Assembly (NCBI GenBank): GCA_041690355.1
Contig: JAWLHK010000007.1
Coordinates: forward strand, 119,122 to 183,121
Direction: 5' to 3'
From: a bacterium
GTDB lineage: Bacteria; J088; JAWLBW01
DNA: 64,000 bases
Positions 1 to 9,892 of the stretch are shown here, in pieces. The notes beneath the pieces are model-generated. The model had not been told where the DNA came from, made no database searches, and was given only the letters and a program-made list of their open reading frames with translations. Each line of letters opens with the position of its first letter. Positions within the stretch are counted from its first letter, which is position 1. The position numbers and the translations under genes were made by a program.

Positions 1-1
1 C

Positions 2-631
2 GGCGATTTCTCGCCGTACGACGTCGACGCCATGCACGCGATTTACCCTCATATCCAGGCGGGCTTTCTGGAGTGTGCCGCCTACACGCGGACGCTTTGG
101 TTCGGCCCGGCGCTCACGAGCGTCATCGACGAATATCCCTTTCCCCTCCTCATCCTCAAGGACGGCGACGAACGCCCGGTATACGCCAATCGCGCCGCGC
201 AGCGTTGGATGCAATCTACAGCATACGAACCGGAAGCCCGCATCCCCGTGGCGGCTCGTTCGCAGACCGTCGCCGACGTTCTCGCGGCGGTCGCCGAAGG
301 TCGCCCGGAGATCCCGCGGCTTGCGGCCCGCGTCGAGATCGTCCCGCTCCCCGACTGGCCCCGCCTCGGCCTCGAATCGCCCAAGCTCGTCCTGCTCGAG
401 CCGATCGAGGCCGGACCGACGCCTGCCATCACCGGACGCCAGCACGAGGTGCTCGCCGCCGCCGCCTCCCACCCGCGGCTGCGGGATGCCGCCGAGCAGC
501 TCGGGATCACGGTCATGACCCTGCAGACTCACCTGCGTGACATATACCGGCGGCTCGGCGTTTCGGGACTCAGCGAGGCCATCACGCTGAGCCGCCTCTG
601 CCAGAGCGCTCCGGCGGCGTTCGACGGGTGA
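2..631 (+). CDS. LuxR-type HTH transcriptional regulator with a PAS-like segment (probably 5'-truncated by the window edge)
   Basis: Frame is open from position 2. C-terminal ITGRQHEVL...AAEQLGITVMTLQTHLRDIYRRLGV matches the LuxR HTH pattern; PVYANRAA is PAS-like. Confidence 0.75.
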   Translation, partial: GDFSPYDVDAMHAIYPHIQAGFLECAAYTRTLWFGPALTSVIDEYPFPLLILKDGDERPVYANRAAQRWMQSTAYEPEARIPVAARSQTVADVLAAVAEGRPEIPRLAARVEIVPLPDWPRLGLESPKLVLLEPIEAGPTPAITGRQHEVLAAAASHPRLRDAAEQLGITVMTLQTHLRDIYRRLGVSGLSEAITLSRLCQSAPAAFDG

Positions 632-751
632 GGCCGGGGGGAACGGCCGGCGTGCAATTTTTCGGTAGAGCACATGCCCCGCCCTGCTGCTACGCTGGGC
701 ACGGCAAGCACGTGCCGTGTGTTTTTCCGACGATGATTCTTTGGAGGTCCC

Positions 752-1600
752 ATGCGTATCCGTCTGTTCTTTCTGCCCGTCCTCGTCTTTCTCGGAGGCT
801 GCCTGCTCGGCCTGCCGCTCGAAGAGCCGTTCGAATGCGAAGGGACCTGCGTGGGCGATCTGGAAGTCAGTCTCCCCGATGGGCGGCTTTATGACGGGCC
901 CCTCCCACAGCCGACCAGCCATGGCGACGAGCCTGTGATTACGGGTTCGAGATGGGTCGCCGTCGACAACAACACCACCGGGCTTGAGATTCAGGCTCAG
1001 TCGGGGGCGGCGATTACGGCTGTCTATCTCGAAATCGACGGCGAAGTCTACGTCTTCGATCCCGTCGTCCTCGAAGGCGGCCCGGCGCCCGATGCCATCG
1101 ACGCCTGCGATATCGTGGCCGAACAGCAGGGGTATTCGTGCACCGAAGCCTGTGTCGAGGCCTGCTCCTGCGTCGAGTGCGACGACAGCTACATGCAGAG
1201 CAACCTTTCGAGCTCCTGCGCGGCTAGCTGCTCCATCTATGCCCATCAGGGGCTGATCGGTCCCGATCAGGAGCCTTACAGCAGCGAAGTCGTCTTCGCC
1301 GACATCATCTACAACGGCTATTCCTTCGACGGCGAGAGCGTTCCCGGAATGCTCGAAAGCCTGCCCGGATGTTACGGCAGCGTGTGCCGCGATCGGGCCC
1401 AGGAGCAGCAGGCCGCCGAGTCGAGGCGTGTCCGCGTCGACTTCTATCATCAGGACTGGAGCTTCCTCAAGGACCTGAATACGGGCGCCATGGTGGTCGA
1501 GTCACAACCGGAGCCGAGCCGCCCGTCGATCTCTCAACCGGCATCCCCGGCGCGCCTCGTCAACGAACCCGATTGTCCGGTACCCGGCTGCAGGACCTGA
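752..1600 (+). CDS. Cys-rich hypothetical lipoprotein
   Basis: GGAGG RBS, hydrophobic signal with LGGC lipobox, 15 Cys, acidic composition. Confidence 0.75.
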   Translation: MRIRLFFLPVLVFLGGCLLGLPLEEPFECEGTCVGDLEVSLPDGRLYDGPLPQPTSHGDEPVITGSRWVAVDNNTTGLEIQAQSGAAITAVYLEIDGEVYVFDPVVLEGGPAPDAIDACDIVAEQQGYSCTEACVEACSCVECDDSYMQSNLSSSCAASCSIYAHQGLIGPDQEPYSSEVVFADIIYNGYSFDGESVPGMLESLPGCYGSVCRDRAQEQQAAESRRVRVDFYHQDWSFLKDLNTGAMVVESQPEPSRPSISQPASPARLVNEPDCPVPGCRT

Positions 1601-1620
1601 GAGTTCTACGCTCTGCCACA

Positions 1621-1662
1621 GCGCGCGCCGGCAGGCCAGTCCCGCCGGCGCGCGCCTTTCTT
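1621..1662 (+). terminator. Probable intrinsic terminator between convergent genes
   Basis: GCGCGCGCCGG...CCGGCGCGCGC stem followed by CTTTCTT. Confidence 0.45.
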
Positions 1663-1700
1663 GCCGCAGCAGGATATCTGCCGGTAGTCCCGGTACCCGG

Positions 1701-1871
1701 CTACTCGCCGACCCCTTCTTCCACTTCCTCGCCGAGCTCTTCGCCGCCTTCCTCGATCCCCTCGCCGGTCTCCTCGGTCGCGCCTTCATCCCGTTCGACT
1801 TCGCAGGCGGCCAGCGGCGCGCCGACGAACAGGGCCAGCATGCCGCTCAGCAGAAACTGTTTCGTTACCAT
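1701..1871 (-). CDS. Small acidic lipoprotein (56 aa)
   Basis: GGAGGTG RBS before ATG at 1871, LAAC lipobox, Glu/Gly-rich mature part. Confidence 0.65.
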   Translation of the reverse strand: MVTKQFLLSGMLALFVGAPLAACEVERDEGATEETGEGIEEGGEELGEEVEEGVGE

Positions 1872-2023
1872 GGTGTCACCTCCCATCCCATGGTGATTCC
1901 GCGTCTGCGCGGACCACCAGCCTCACCCTAGCGGGATCCGCCGCAGGCCACCATGCCGCAGCCCTCGCCCCCCGATGGCTCGCCCGGCCGGCATCTGGGA
2001 TAATGTGACTTTTACATTCCCCT

Positions 2024-2446
2024 ATGTCCGAACCCACCCCCGAACCGTATCTCGAGCACCGCAAGGCGACCGGTTTCGCGGCCCGCATGCAGAGCTTCCG
2101 CTATGCGATCAAGGGGCTGCGGTACATGCTCGTCAGCCAGAAGAACGCCTGGATTCACGCCACCGTCAGCGTGGGGGTCTTCGGCGTCGCGGCGCTTCTG
2201 GAGACCGATCGGGCGGGCTGGGCCTGGCTGATCCTCGCCATGATGGCCGTGTGGACCGCCGAGGCCCTGAACACCGCCTTCGAGGCCCTGGCCGACGTGG
2301 CTTCACCCGCGTTTCACCCACTGGTCGAACGGGCCAAGGACGTCGCCGCCGGGGCCGTGCTGATTACCGCTTCGGGGGCCGTCCTGATCGGGCTGCTCGT
2401 GCTCGGGCCCCCGCTGTGGGACTGGTTCGTCCGATTTCTTCCGTGA
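2024..2446 (+). CDS. dgkA: Diacylglycerol/undecaprenol kinase family protein
   Basis: SFRYAIKGL, NAWIH, EALNTAFE and AKDVAAGAVL motifs; three TM segments. Confidence 0.9.
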   Translation: MSEPTPEPYLEHRKATGFAARMQSFRYAIKGLRYMLVSQKNAWIHATVSVGVFGVAALLETDRAGWAWLILAMMAVWTAEALNTAFEALADVASPAFHPLVERAKDVAAGAVLITASGAVLIGLLVLGPPLWDWFVRFLP

Positions 2447-2454
2447 GGAATGCC

Positions 2455-2964
2455 ATGTCAACGACGCATCCCAAAGGCGACGCCTGGCTCGAAGAACTCG
2501 AAGCCAACGCCGACCTTCTTCGTCTGCAGAGCCTGCATTCAGGCAAGAGCTGGGTGCACCACAACCCGGAGCTCAAGCGGCTGGATATCTCGTACTTCTT
2601 CAACCCGGTGAACAAGCGCCTGTACGGCAGCATCTACTGGGGGCCAGAGACCGAGGGTCCCCCGGGGTGCGGACATGGCGGCAGCATCGCCTCGGTGCTT
2701 GATGACTCGATGGGCACCACTGCCTGGGCTTCTGGCCACCGCGTGGTGGCGCTCAATCTCAACGTGAATTTCCGCTCGTTCATACCGCTGGAGTCCCGCA
2801 ACCGCATCGAGTGCTGGGTCGACCGCGTCGAGGGGCGCAAGGTCTACACGAAGGGGACGCTCTCGTCCGCCGACGGAAAAGTTCTCGCCGAATCCGAAGG
2901 ACTTTTCCTCATGATCGACTTCAACAAGCTGCTCGACAAGGAGCCGCGCGGCCCCGTCGCCTGA
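2455..2964 (+). CDS. PaaI/hotdog-fold thioesterase
   Basis: EGPPGCGHGGSIASVLDDSMG motif; start taken at ATG 2455 just after dgkA. Confidence 0.85.
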   Translation: MSTTHPKGDAWLEELEANADLLRLQSLHSGKSWVHHNPELKRLDISYFFNPVNKRLYGSIYWGPETEGPPGCGHGGSIASVLDDSMGTTAWASGHRVVALNLNVNFRSFIPLESRNRIECWVDRVEGRKVYTKGTLSSADGKVLAESEGLFLMIDFNKLLDKEPRGPVA

Positions 2965-2981
2965 TTCCGTCGCGCAGCGGC

Positions 2982-4061
2982 TCAGGCCGTCTGCCGCCGC
3001 CCGCGGACCTCGCGAAAAAGCACGACCGCCAGCGTGATGACGGTAAGCGGCAGCACGAACCAGACCATGACCTGGTTGACGACGGGGAGCGCATCGTGCT
3101 CTGCCGATCTCAACACCAGGTAGCCGATATAGGCCACGAAGTAGAAGAGAAAGAGCCACCCCTCCCACCGCGCGATCGTGTGGCCGGAGAGAAAGATCGG
3201 CAGACAGGCGACGGCCACGGCGATCATGACCGGAATGTCGAAGCCGAGGGCGGCCGGCTGCACGTTGACCGGGTGGATGACGGCCGTAACGCCGAGCACG
3301 GCGAGCAGGTTGAACAGGTTGCTGCCGACGACGTTGCCCACGGCGATGTCCCGCTCGCCTTTGAGCGCGGCAACCACCGACGTCGCGACTTCGGGCATGG
3401 AGGTGCCCGCGGCCACGATCGTAAGACCGATGACGAGCTCGCTCATCCCGAGCAGACGGGCGATCTCGACGGCCCCCTCGACGAACCATCCGGCACCCAG
3501 GACGAGCAGCGCCAGCCCTGCGAAGGCCATTGCAGCCGACACGATCGGATGGCGTCGGCCGGCTTCGGCTTCATCGGCCATTTCCACCTCGTACGGCTCC
3601 TGAACGGCCGCGCTCTCGCGGCGGCTCTTGCGCACCGTCCAGACGAGATAGAAGACGAGCCCCGCGGCCAGCGCGAGCCCGTCGTAACGTCCGATGGCGC
3701 CATCGAGCCCGAACAGAAGCACGGCCACCGATACGCCAATCATGAGCGGAACTTCGAACCAGATGACCTGCTGCGCGACGGCAAGGGGAATGATTGCGGC
3801 GCACAGGCCGAGGATGAGCAGCACGTTGAAGATGTTGCTGCCCACCACGTTGCCCATCGTAAGATCCGATTTGCCCGCCAGCGCCGACTGCAGGCTGATG
3901 GCCAGCTCGGGGCTGCTCGTACCGAAGGCGACGACCGTCAGGCCGACGACGAGCGGCGAAATTCCGAAGCGCAGCGCAAGACTCGAAGCGCCGCGCACGA
4001 GCAGCTCGGCGCCCAGGATGAGAATTGCAAGACCGATGACCGACAGGACGATGGGCAGCAT
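2982..4061 (-). CDS. Calcium/sodium antiporter (YrbG family)
   Basis: Duplicated GTSxPE and GNVVGSN alpha-repeats; polytopic membrane protein. Confidence 0.92.
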   Translation of the reverse strand: MLPIVLSVIGLAILILGAELLVRGASSLALRFGISPLVVGLTVVAFGTSSPELAISLQSALAGKSDLTMGNVVGSNIFNVLLILGLCAAIIPLAVAQQVIWFEVPLMIGVSVAVLLFGLDGAIGRYDGLALAAGLVFYLVWTVRKSRRESAAVQEPYEVEMADEAEAGRRHPIVSAAMAFAGLALLVLGAGWFVEGAVEIARLLGMSELVIGLTIVAAGTSMPEVATSVVAALKGERDIAVGNVVGSNLFNLLAVLGVTAVIHPVNVQPAALGFDIPVMIAVAVACLPIFLSGHTIARWEGWLFLFYFVAYIGYLVLRSAEHDALPVVNQVMVWFVLPLTVITLAVVLFREVRGRRQTA

Positions 4062-4108
4062 GACACTCCGAGTCGGGGGCGAATTCACAGTGTACCCGCT
4101 CGGCGGGA

Positions 4109-5509
4109 TTACGGGGACCTCTTCTGCCGTTTCGGGCGGAACAGGAAGATGCCGAACAGCATCCAGAAGACGGTGAGGCCGAGGGCGGCGCCGAAAAAGG
4201 TCGGGCCCCCGAATCGAGCGATGAGCGGAAGCGAGGCGGCCGTCACGAGCCCCCCGCCCACGAACGGCTCGGTCAGCAGCTGCTTGTAGCCGAACGCGTC
4301 CAGCGCCCCGGAGCGGTTGCGCGGATCGGCCATGCGGATGAGCAGCAGCCCCGTGACGGTCACGCCCATCGATTGCCCGAAATCGCCGATACCGCGCTCG
4401 AACCAGTGCTCCGGAAGCATGCGCGGGGCGAGGACGACAAACACAAAGACGTTCCACGCGATTCCCGTGAGGGCGAGCAGGAGAAAGGGAAGCAGATAGG
4501 CGCCCAGGATGCTCAGCGAAAGCGTGCTCAGGGCGGCGACGATGATGAAATCGAGCGATGCGCCCGAGATGCGGTTCATGAGGTGCCGATCGACGGCCGC
4601 GCCGTGCCCCAGACGGTCGAGCACGAGCTGAAGGATCACCCCGCCGAGCATGGCCATGGGAAACAGGGGGACGTGCGCGAGCAGCGCAAGCCCCCCCTCG
4701 CCGCCCCACGTCGCCTGCTCGATCAGGACGAGCCCCCGCAGAAGGAGCCATCCGAGCGCTATCGCCAGCGCGACGAATCCGATCTGGATGGCCAGCGGAT
4801 CCGTCGTCGGCTCGCCGCCCTTGCGCGGCGCGGGCTCTGACTCGAAAGCTGAATCCTCAAGTGCTGCGACTTCGGCGCGCGAATGCGGCTCCCCCGCCAG
4901 ACGCAGGCGCCCCGAGCGCACCCCCCAGTTGATGAGCGCCGTACCGATGACTACCCCCATCACGACGCCGACGGTCGCAAGCCCCATGGCCAGATCGGCC
5001 CCATCGGGAAAACCGAGGTCGCGAAAGGCCCCTGCCATCCCCGCGGCGGTGCCATGCCCGCCCTCGAAGGTAATCTCGATGAGCGCCCCGGCCAGGGGCG
5101 AAACGTCAAAGAAGGGGGTGAGCACGAGCAGCGTGAGCAGCATGCCGGCGGCGTACTGCCCCCACGCGAGCACTTGTCCGAACGCCACCTGGGGTCCCGC
5201 GCGTCGCCACACTTCGGCGGGGCCCGGAATGCGCGTGCCGAGAAACAGGGCGGCGAAAACGACGTTGATCAGGACGCCGGGGAGCGCGCGCCAGACGAGC
5301 ACGACCGCTTCGGGAAAAATCCCCCCGGGGGCCTCGGGCAGCCAGCGCCCGAGCACCTGCGCGCCCAGCAGCAGGCCGAGAACCCCGGCGAGAATGGAGC
5401 TCGGCAGAAAGATGCGCCGGAAGAGGGGGACGCGCTCGCGCACCAGGCGGCCGACGAGCAGAAGCAGGCCCAGCCAGAGCAGCGCCTGGAAAACGGAAAG
5501 CACGGACAT
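4109..5509 (-). CDS. gltS: Sodium/glutamate symporter (GltS family)
   Basis: FEGGHGTAAG motif, LPSSILAG, about 12 TM segments. Confidence 0.85.
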   Translation of the reverse strand: MSVLSVFQALLWLGLLLLVGRLVRERVPLFRRIFLPSSILAGVLGLLLGAQVLGRWLPEAPGGIFPEAVVLVWRALPGVLINVVFAALFLGTRIPGPAEVWRRAGPQVAFGQVLAWGQYAAGMLLTLLVLTPFFDVSPLAGALIEITFEGGHGTAAGMAGAFRDLGFPDGADLAMGLATVGVVMGVVIGTALINWGVRSGRLRLAGEPHSRAEVAALEDSAFESEPAPRKGGEPTTDPLAIQIGFVALAIALGWLLLRGLVLIEQATWGGEGGLALLAHVPLFPMAMLGGVILQLVLDRLGHGAAVDRHLMNRISGASLDFIIVAALSTLSLSILGAYLLPFLLLALTGIAWNVFVFVVLAPRMLPEHWFERGIGDFGQSMGVTVTGLLLIRMADPRNRSGALDAFGYKQLLTEPFVGGGLVTAASLPLIARFGGPTFFGAALGLTVFWMLFGIFLFRPKRQKRSP

Positions 5510-5621
5510 GGGGGAATTCTATCAAATTGAGAGAGGCGCGTCCTCGACAAGTGCGCCCGGCAGTGCGACCATCTGCTGAAACGAAGAACGCAAAACCGCG
5601 GAACGAAAAACGGAAACGATC

Positions 5622-6152
5622 GTGAACCTGCTGGCCAAGATCCGCACGATTCCCGACTTCCCCAAGCCGGGGATCCTCTTCTACGACGTGACCACCCTCT
5701 TCCAGGATGCCTCCGCATTCCGCCAGGTGGTCGACGAGATGGCCGCGCCGTGGACGGCGCCCGCGTGCGAAGCGCCTCCCGAATACATCGTGGGCATCGA
5801 CGCGCGCGGCTTCCTGCTCGCCAGCGCGCTCGCCTACAGACTGAACGCCGGCCTCGTCGTCGTGCGCAAGCGGGGCAAGCTGCCCTGGCGCACGGAGAGC
5901 ATCAGCTACGACCTGGAATACGGAACGGCGGAAGTGGAAATTCACGTCGACGCCGTTCGGCCCGGGAGCCGCGTGCTGATCGCCGACGACCTGCTCGCCA
6001 CCGGGGGAACCGCGGCCGCCGCGGTGGAACTCGTGCGCCGGACGGGAGGCGCCGTGCTGGGATGCACCTTCCTCCTCGAGCTCGATGGGCTGGGCGGGCG
6101 CGCGCGGCTCGCCGGAACGCCCGTCGGCAGCCTGATCACCGTTCCGGCCTGA
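5622..6152 (+). CDS. apt: Adenine phosphoribosyltransferase
   Basis: IPDFPKPGILFYD, GIDARGF, RKRGKLP, YDLEYG and VLIADDLLATGGT motifs. Confidence 0.96.
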   Translation: MNLLAKIRTIPDFPKPGILFYDVTTLFQDASAFRQVVDEMAAPWTAPACEAPPEYIVGIDARGFLLASALAYRLNAGLVVVRKRGKLPWRTESISYDLEYGTAEVEIHVDAVRPGSRVLIADDLLATGGTAAAAVELVRRTGGAVLGCTFLLELDGLGGRARLAGTPVGSLITVPA

Positions 6153-6549
6153 TCCCGTCTGTCCCCTCGCCCGGCTCCTTCGGGGGCGCTCCCTCCGGCG
6201 CGACATCGATCTCATAGGGGACCCCCTTGGACCGCGCCTGGCGCCGAGTCGCGGCCACGCGATCCTGAATGCCGGTTCCCAGGGTGTGATCGTTGTCGAG
6301 GATTTCGGTCGGACCGGCCTCCATGGCCCCGAATTCACGCATGCGGCCCGGCCGCAGGAACGGCGTCACGAGAAGAATGGCCCCGACGGCGACGGCGATG
6401 ATGAACAGCACCGCGCTGCCGGTCAGCAGGTAAAGCACCACCCCGGCGACCAAGGCCAGCAACCCGCCGAACACGGACAGGGTCGCCCCCAGATCCTGGC
6501 TTCGTGCCGGCGGCCTGACATTGAAATCGCTTCGTTGTTCCTGCGGCAT
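6136..6549 (-). CDS. Hypothetical membrane protein (2 TM)
   Basis: GGAGGTG RBS before ATG 6549; two hydrophobic helices. Confidence 0.65.
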   Translation of the reverse strand: MPQEQRSDFNVRPPARSQDLGATLSVFGGLLALVAGVVLYLLTGSAVLFIIAVAVGAILLVTPFLRPGRMREFGAMEAGPTEILDNDHTLGTGIQDRVAATRRQARSKGVPYEIDVAPEGAPPKEPGEGTDGIRPER

Positions 6550-6719
6550 CGGGCACCTCCTGCTGGACGTCGACGCGTGGACGTGCGATTCGCACATCCG
6601 TCCCGAAACACATTCAACCCTGGCTCCCGCGAGTGCAACAGCGAGAGGCTACCCACCCGGGCCGCGCCTCGCCGGCGGCCACGGACCTCGACGGGCGCAT
6701 GCCGCGCTAGAATGGCAGC

Positions 6720-7778
6720 ATGGCCCGGAATTTCCGCAACGTACAGGGGCATTTTGCGCGCGTGGCGCCGTGGCGCTACATCGCGGCCGCCGACTGGCAG
6801 AAGCCGCGCGACCCGAGTATTCACGGCGCGCTCGAGATCGACGCCACGAACGCCATGGCCTGGCTCGAGGCCATGCGCGACAAGTGGGGCGTTCATGTCA
6901 CGGTCAACCACCTCGTGGTCAAAGCCCTGGCCGAGACGTTCCGGCGCCACCCGCAGGCAAATGCCATCATCCGGCGTGGTCGCGTCTTCGTGCGTGATCA
7001 CATCGACATCTCGGTCCTCGTTGCCGTGCGCCCCGACAACGCAAACCACCTGCAGCGCGCCGATCTGTCATCCACGATGATCCGGAACGCCGATCGCCGC
7101 GACATTCTCTCGATTGCACGCGAAGTACAGCGTGGCGCCGGGGCCGTGCGCGAACATCACGATCCGCTGCTCGGGCGCACGAAGGCGATCATGCGCTTTC
7201 TTCCCCCGTCTCTTCTGCGGCTGGCCCTCGAAGGGGCTTATCGCGCCATGTACGACTGGAACGTTCCGCTGGCGCCCATCATCCCGCGCGATCCGTTCGG
7301 TTCGGCACTCGTCACCAGCGTCGGCACGTTCTGCATCGGCCATGCCTTCGCGCCCATCCCGCCGTTCATGAACATCGCCGCCATTCTTGCCGTCGGCGTC
7401 GTTGAGGATAAAGCGGTCGTGCGCAACGGCGAGGTCGTCGTGCGCAAGATCCTTCCGCTCTCGGCGACCATCGACCACCGGGTCATCGACGGATTCCAGG
7501 GGGCCCGCCTCAGCCGGACGCTCCAGACCATTCTCGAAAATCCGGCCCGGGAGCTGCAGATTGAACCGGTGGACGAAGCCGCCGCGCAGAAGGCGGCCGA
7601 GGAACGGACCCGCGAGATTCATCGGGAAGCGCCGCCGCTGCACGCGCGCGACGAAGAGGCGCCCCGTCCGCACGGCGACCCCCTGCGCGACCTGACCAGC
7701 CGCCCCGAGCACCATGCCGCGCCCCCGCCGGCGACCCCCTCGAGCGGAAGCACCGTCGAGCAGCAGGGTTCCGATTAG
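6720..7778 (+). CDS. 2-oxoacid dehydrogenase E2-like acyltransferase, catalytic domain only
   Basis: TIDHRVIDG catalytic motif; no lipoyl or E3-binding domain. Confidence 0.85.
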   Translation: MARNFRNVQGHFARVAPWRYIAAADWQKPRDPSIHGALEIDATNAMAWLEAMRDKWGVHVTVNHLVVKALAETFRRHPQANAIIRRGRVFVRDHIDISVLVAVRPDNANHLQRADLSSTMIRNADRRDILSIAREVQRGAGAVREHHDPLLGRTKAIMRFLPPSLLRLALEGAYRAMYDWNVPLAPIIPRDPFGSALVTSVGTFCIGHAFAPIPPFMNIAAILAVGVVEDKAVVRNGEVVVRKILPLSATIDHRVIDGFQGARLSRTLQTILENPARELQIEPVDEAAAQKAAEERTREIHREAPPLHARDEEAPRPHGDPLRDLTSRPEHHAAPPPATPSSGSTVEQQGSD

Positions 7779-7840
7779 GGCAGGGCGTTATCGGACCGGC
7801 TCTCGCCTTGCCGGGAAGGTGTTCTGAAGGACACAACATC

Positions 7841-7996
7841 CCACGCGGAGGCGCGGAGACGCGGAGCGGAAAAGACCGGAAAGAGCGTCTTCTTATCCGT
7901 CCGGTTGGAGGGAAGCCGATCAGGTCACACCGCAGCCCTGCTAAAAACAGAAAAAAGGGTTCCTGCTTCTCTCGGCGGCTCCGCGCCTCCGCGTGG
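7841..7996. repeat. 156-bp element bounded by a perfect 18-bp inverted repeat (MITE-like)
   Basis: CCACGCGGAGGCGCGGAG (7841-7858) and CTCCGCGCCTCCGCGTGG (7979-7996); arms are built of CGCGGAG(G/A) octamers. Confidence 0.7.
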
Positions 7997-8038
7997 AACG
8001 CCCTTCAGAGCTCCATCCCGTTCGACGTCCAGCCCCGC

Positions 8039-9892
8039 TCAGCTCTTGCCCTCCGGCGGGAGGACGCCGACGATGCGCATGAGGGCCATGGCGTTGCGGG
8101 TCGTCGATACGCCGGGGTGCAGCCGGTAATCGAATCGCAGCGTATCCCCTTCGTAATATTCCGTGAAGTGATAAATGGGGAACGAAGCATTGCGCTTCGC
8201 GAGCCGGTCGGCCACGTCCAGGTCGTGCGTGGAGACGAGGCCGGTCGCCCCCAGCTCGTGCAGCCGCTGCAACACCTGCTCGGCCCCCGTGTGGCGGTCG
8301 ACCGAGTTCGTGCCCCGGAAGATCTCGTCGATGAGAAACAACAGCGGCTCGCCGGCGCGCGCTTTCTCGACAATCATCTTCACGCGCAGGAGTTCCGCAT
8401 AAAACGATGAAATGTGCTGCTCCAGGTCGTCGCGGATGCGCATCGATGTTGCCAGCGACAGCACCCGACAGCGCATGCGGCGCGCGCACACGGGCCCCCC
8501 GGCCCAGGCGAGCACGTGGTTGATGCCGACCGTGCGCAGAAACGTGCTCTTGCCCGACATGTTCGAACCGGTCACGAGCACGACGGTACCGCCCCGGTCG
8601 ATGCAGAAGTCGTTGACGACCCGCGCCTCGGCCGAAATCAGCGGATGACCCATCGCATCGGCCTCGAAGTAAGCGCCGCCGCCGTCTTCGCTCTCCGGTT
8701 CGCCGGCCGCTTCGACGTCGGGGTCGCACCAGTCGGGCTGTTCCCAGGCGGGCACGGCGAGACTGCCGAGAGCTTCCAACTCTGCCACGGCATCGACCCA
8801 GGCGGGGAGCGCCGCGGCATGCCGGCGTTTCCACGTGCGCAGCGCGAGCAGAAACTGAAAATCCCAGAGCACGAGCACGTTGAGGATGACGTGCACGAGC
8901 GGGTTGCGGTGCACGTCGAGCCAGTCGTTGATGACCGTCAGCCGACGCGTGGCCGCCGAGGCGGGCTCGGCTCCGCGCCCCAGCCGGGCCTGCAGCTCGC
9001 GCAGACGCGGGGCGGCGAAGTCTTCGCGCTCGGCCAGCTCGAACAGACGCCGGAAGGCGGTCAGATCCTGGCGGAACACGCGCAAGCCTTCGATGACGCG
9101 GAAGTTGCGGCGGTAGGACCCGAGAAACAGAAAGAACTGCGCGACGAGCGCGAGCATGAGCCAGCGGTCCCAGCCCGGCCCGATCCGTGTCAACACGAAA
9201 AGCCCGGCGGTCACGAGCGGCATCGTGCGGTAGACGGCCGTCCCGACGGGGCCGAACGAGGGCTCGGGATCGGCAAGCCAGCGGCTGAACTCGGCCGGAT
9301 CGCGCAGCGGCCGGTCTCCCGCACGTCCCGAGGCCTCGAACGCCTGCCGCCAGTCGAGCCGCGGCGCCAGGTCACGCACCGCCTGCTGCCGCGCGCGAAT
9401 CTCCCCGACATCGGGCGGCGTCCCGGCGAGCCAGGCAGCAAGCCGCCTCCGTCCCTCTTGGGTCGACGCGGCCGACAGCCACTGGAACAGGGAGGCCGTC
9501 CCGAAAATATCGAGATCGCCGGCGTACGGGTGGGCGTCGCTGCTGAATTCTTCTCCCCGATCGCCGAAGGTGCGAACCCAGGCTCCCTCGAGCCGGGCGA
9601 GTCCGCGGCGGTTCACGTCGACGAGCGCCTCGGAGAGGCGCTGCTCGCGGATGCGCACCGCATGGCGGCGCATGAGGTAGACGAAGAGGCCGAGCCCCCC
9701 GGCAGTCGCATAGCCGGCCCCGCGCGCGCCGTCGAAGAGGTACCAGACGGCGACGAGCAACCCGGCAAAGACGAGCAGGCGCAGATTGGCGAGACGGCGC
9801 AGGCGGCGCTCGCCGGCAGTGACCTCGGCCTCGCGCGCGGCGAGCCTTTCCCGATAGATCTCGCGCGGGCCCGCGGCGGCCACGCCGCTCAA
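8039..9892 (-). CDS. Membrane-associated MutS-family ATPase (domain V, no mismatch-recognition domain)
   Basis: TGSNMSGKSTFLR, SSFYAEL, IDEIFRGTNS and STHDL motifs; N-terminal TM helices. Start inferred at TTG overlapping the glpD stop. Confidence 0.85.
   Translation of the reverse strand: MSGVAAAGPREIYRERLAAREAEVTAGERRLRRLANLRLLVFAGLLVAVWYLFDGARGAGYATAGGLGLFVYLMRRHAVRIREQRLSEALVDVNRRGLARLEGAWVRTFGDRGEEFSSDAHPYAGDLDIFGTASLFQWLSAASTQEGRRRLAAWLAGTPPDVGEIRARQQAVRDLAPRLDWRQAFEASGRAGDRPLRDPAEFSRWLADPEPSFGPVGTAVYRTMPLVTAGLFVLTRIGPGWDRWLMLALVAQFFLFLGSYRRNFRVIEGLRVFRQDLTAFRRLFELAEREDFAAPRLRELQARLGRGAEPASAATRRLTVINDWLDVHRNPLVHVILNVLVLWDFQFLLALRTWKRRHAAALPAWVDAVAELEALGSLAVPAWEQPDWCDPDVEAAGEPESEDGGGAYFEADAMGHPLISAEARVVNDFCIDRGGTVVLVTGSNMSGKSTFLRTVGINHVLAWAGGPVCARRMRCRVLSLATSMRIRDDLEQHISSFYAELLRVKMIVEKARAGEPLLFLIDEIFRGTNSVDRHTGAEQVLQRLHELGATGLVSTHDLDVADRLAKRNASFPIYHFTEYYEGDTLRFDYRLHPGVSTTRNAMALMRIVGVLPPEGKS

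Noticed and set aside
2982-4751. Long N-terminal extensions in the ORF track (antiporter, MutS-like, cysN, pirin, larB, rsgA, QueG-like)
   Set aside because: They overlap neighbouring genes and have Arg/Pro-rich shadow composition; starts were reassigned to downstream codons.
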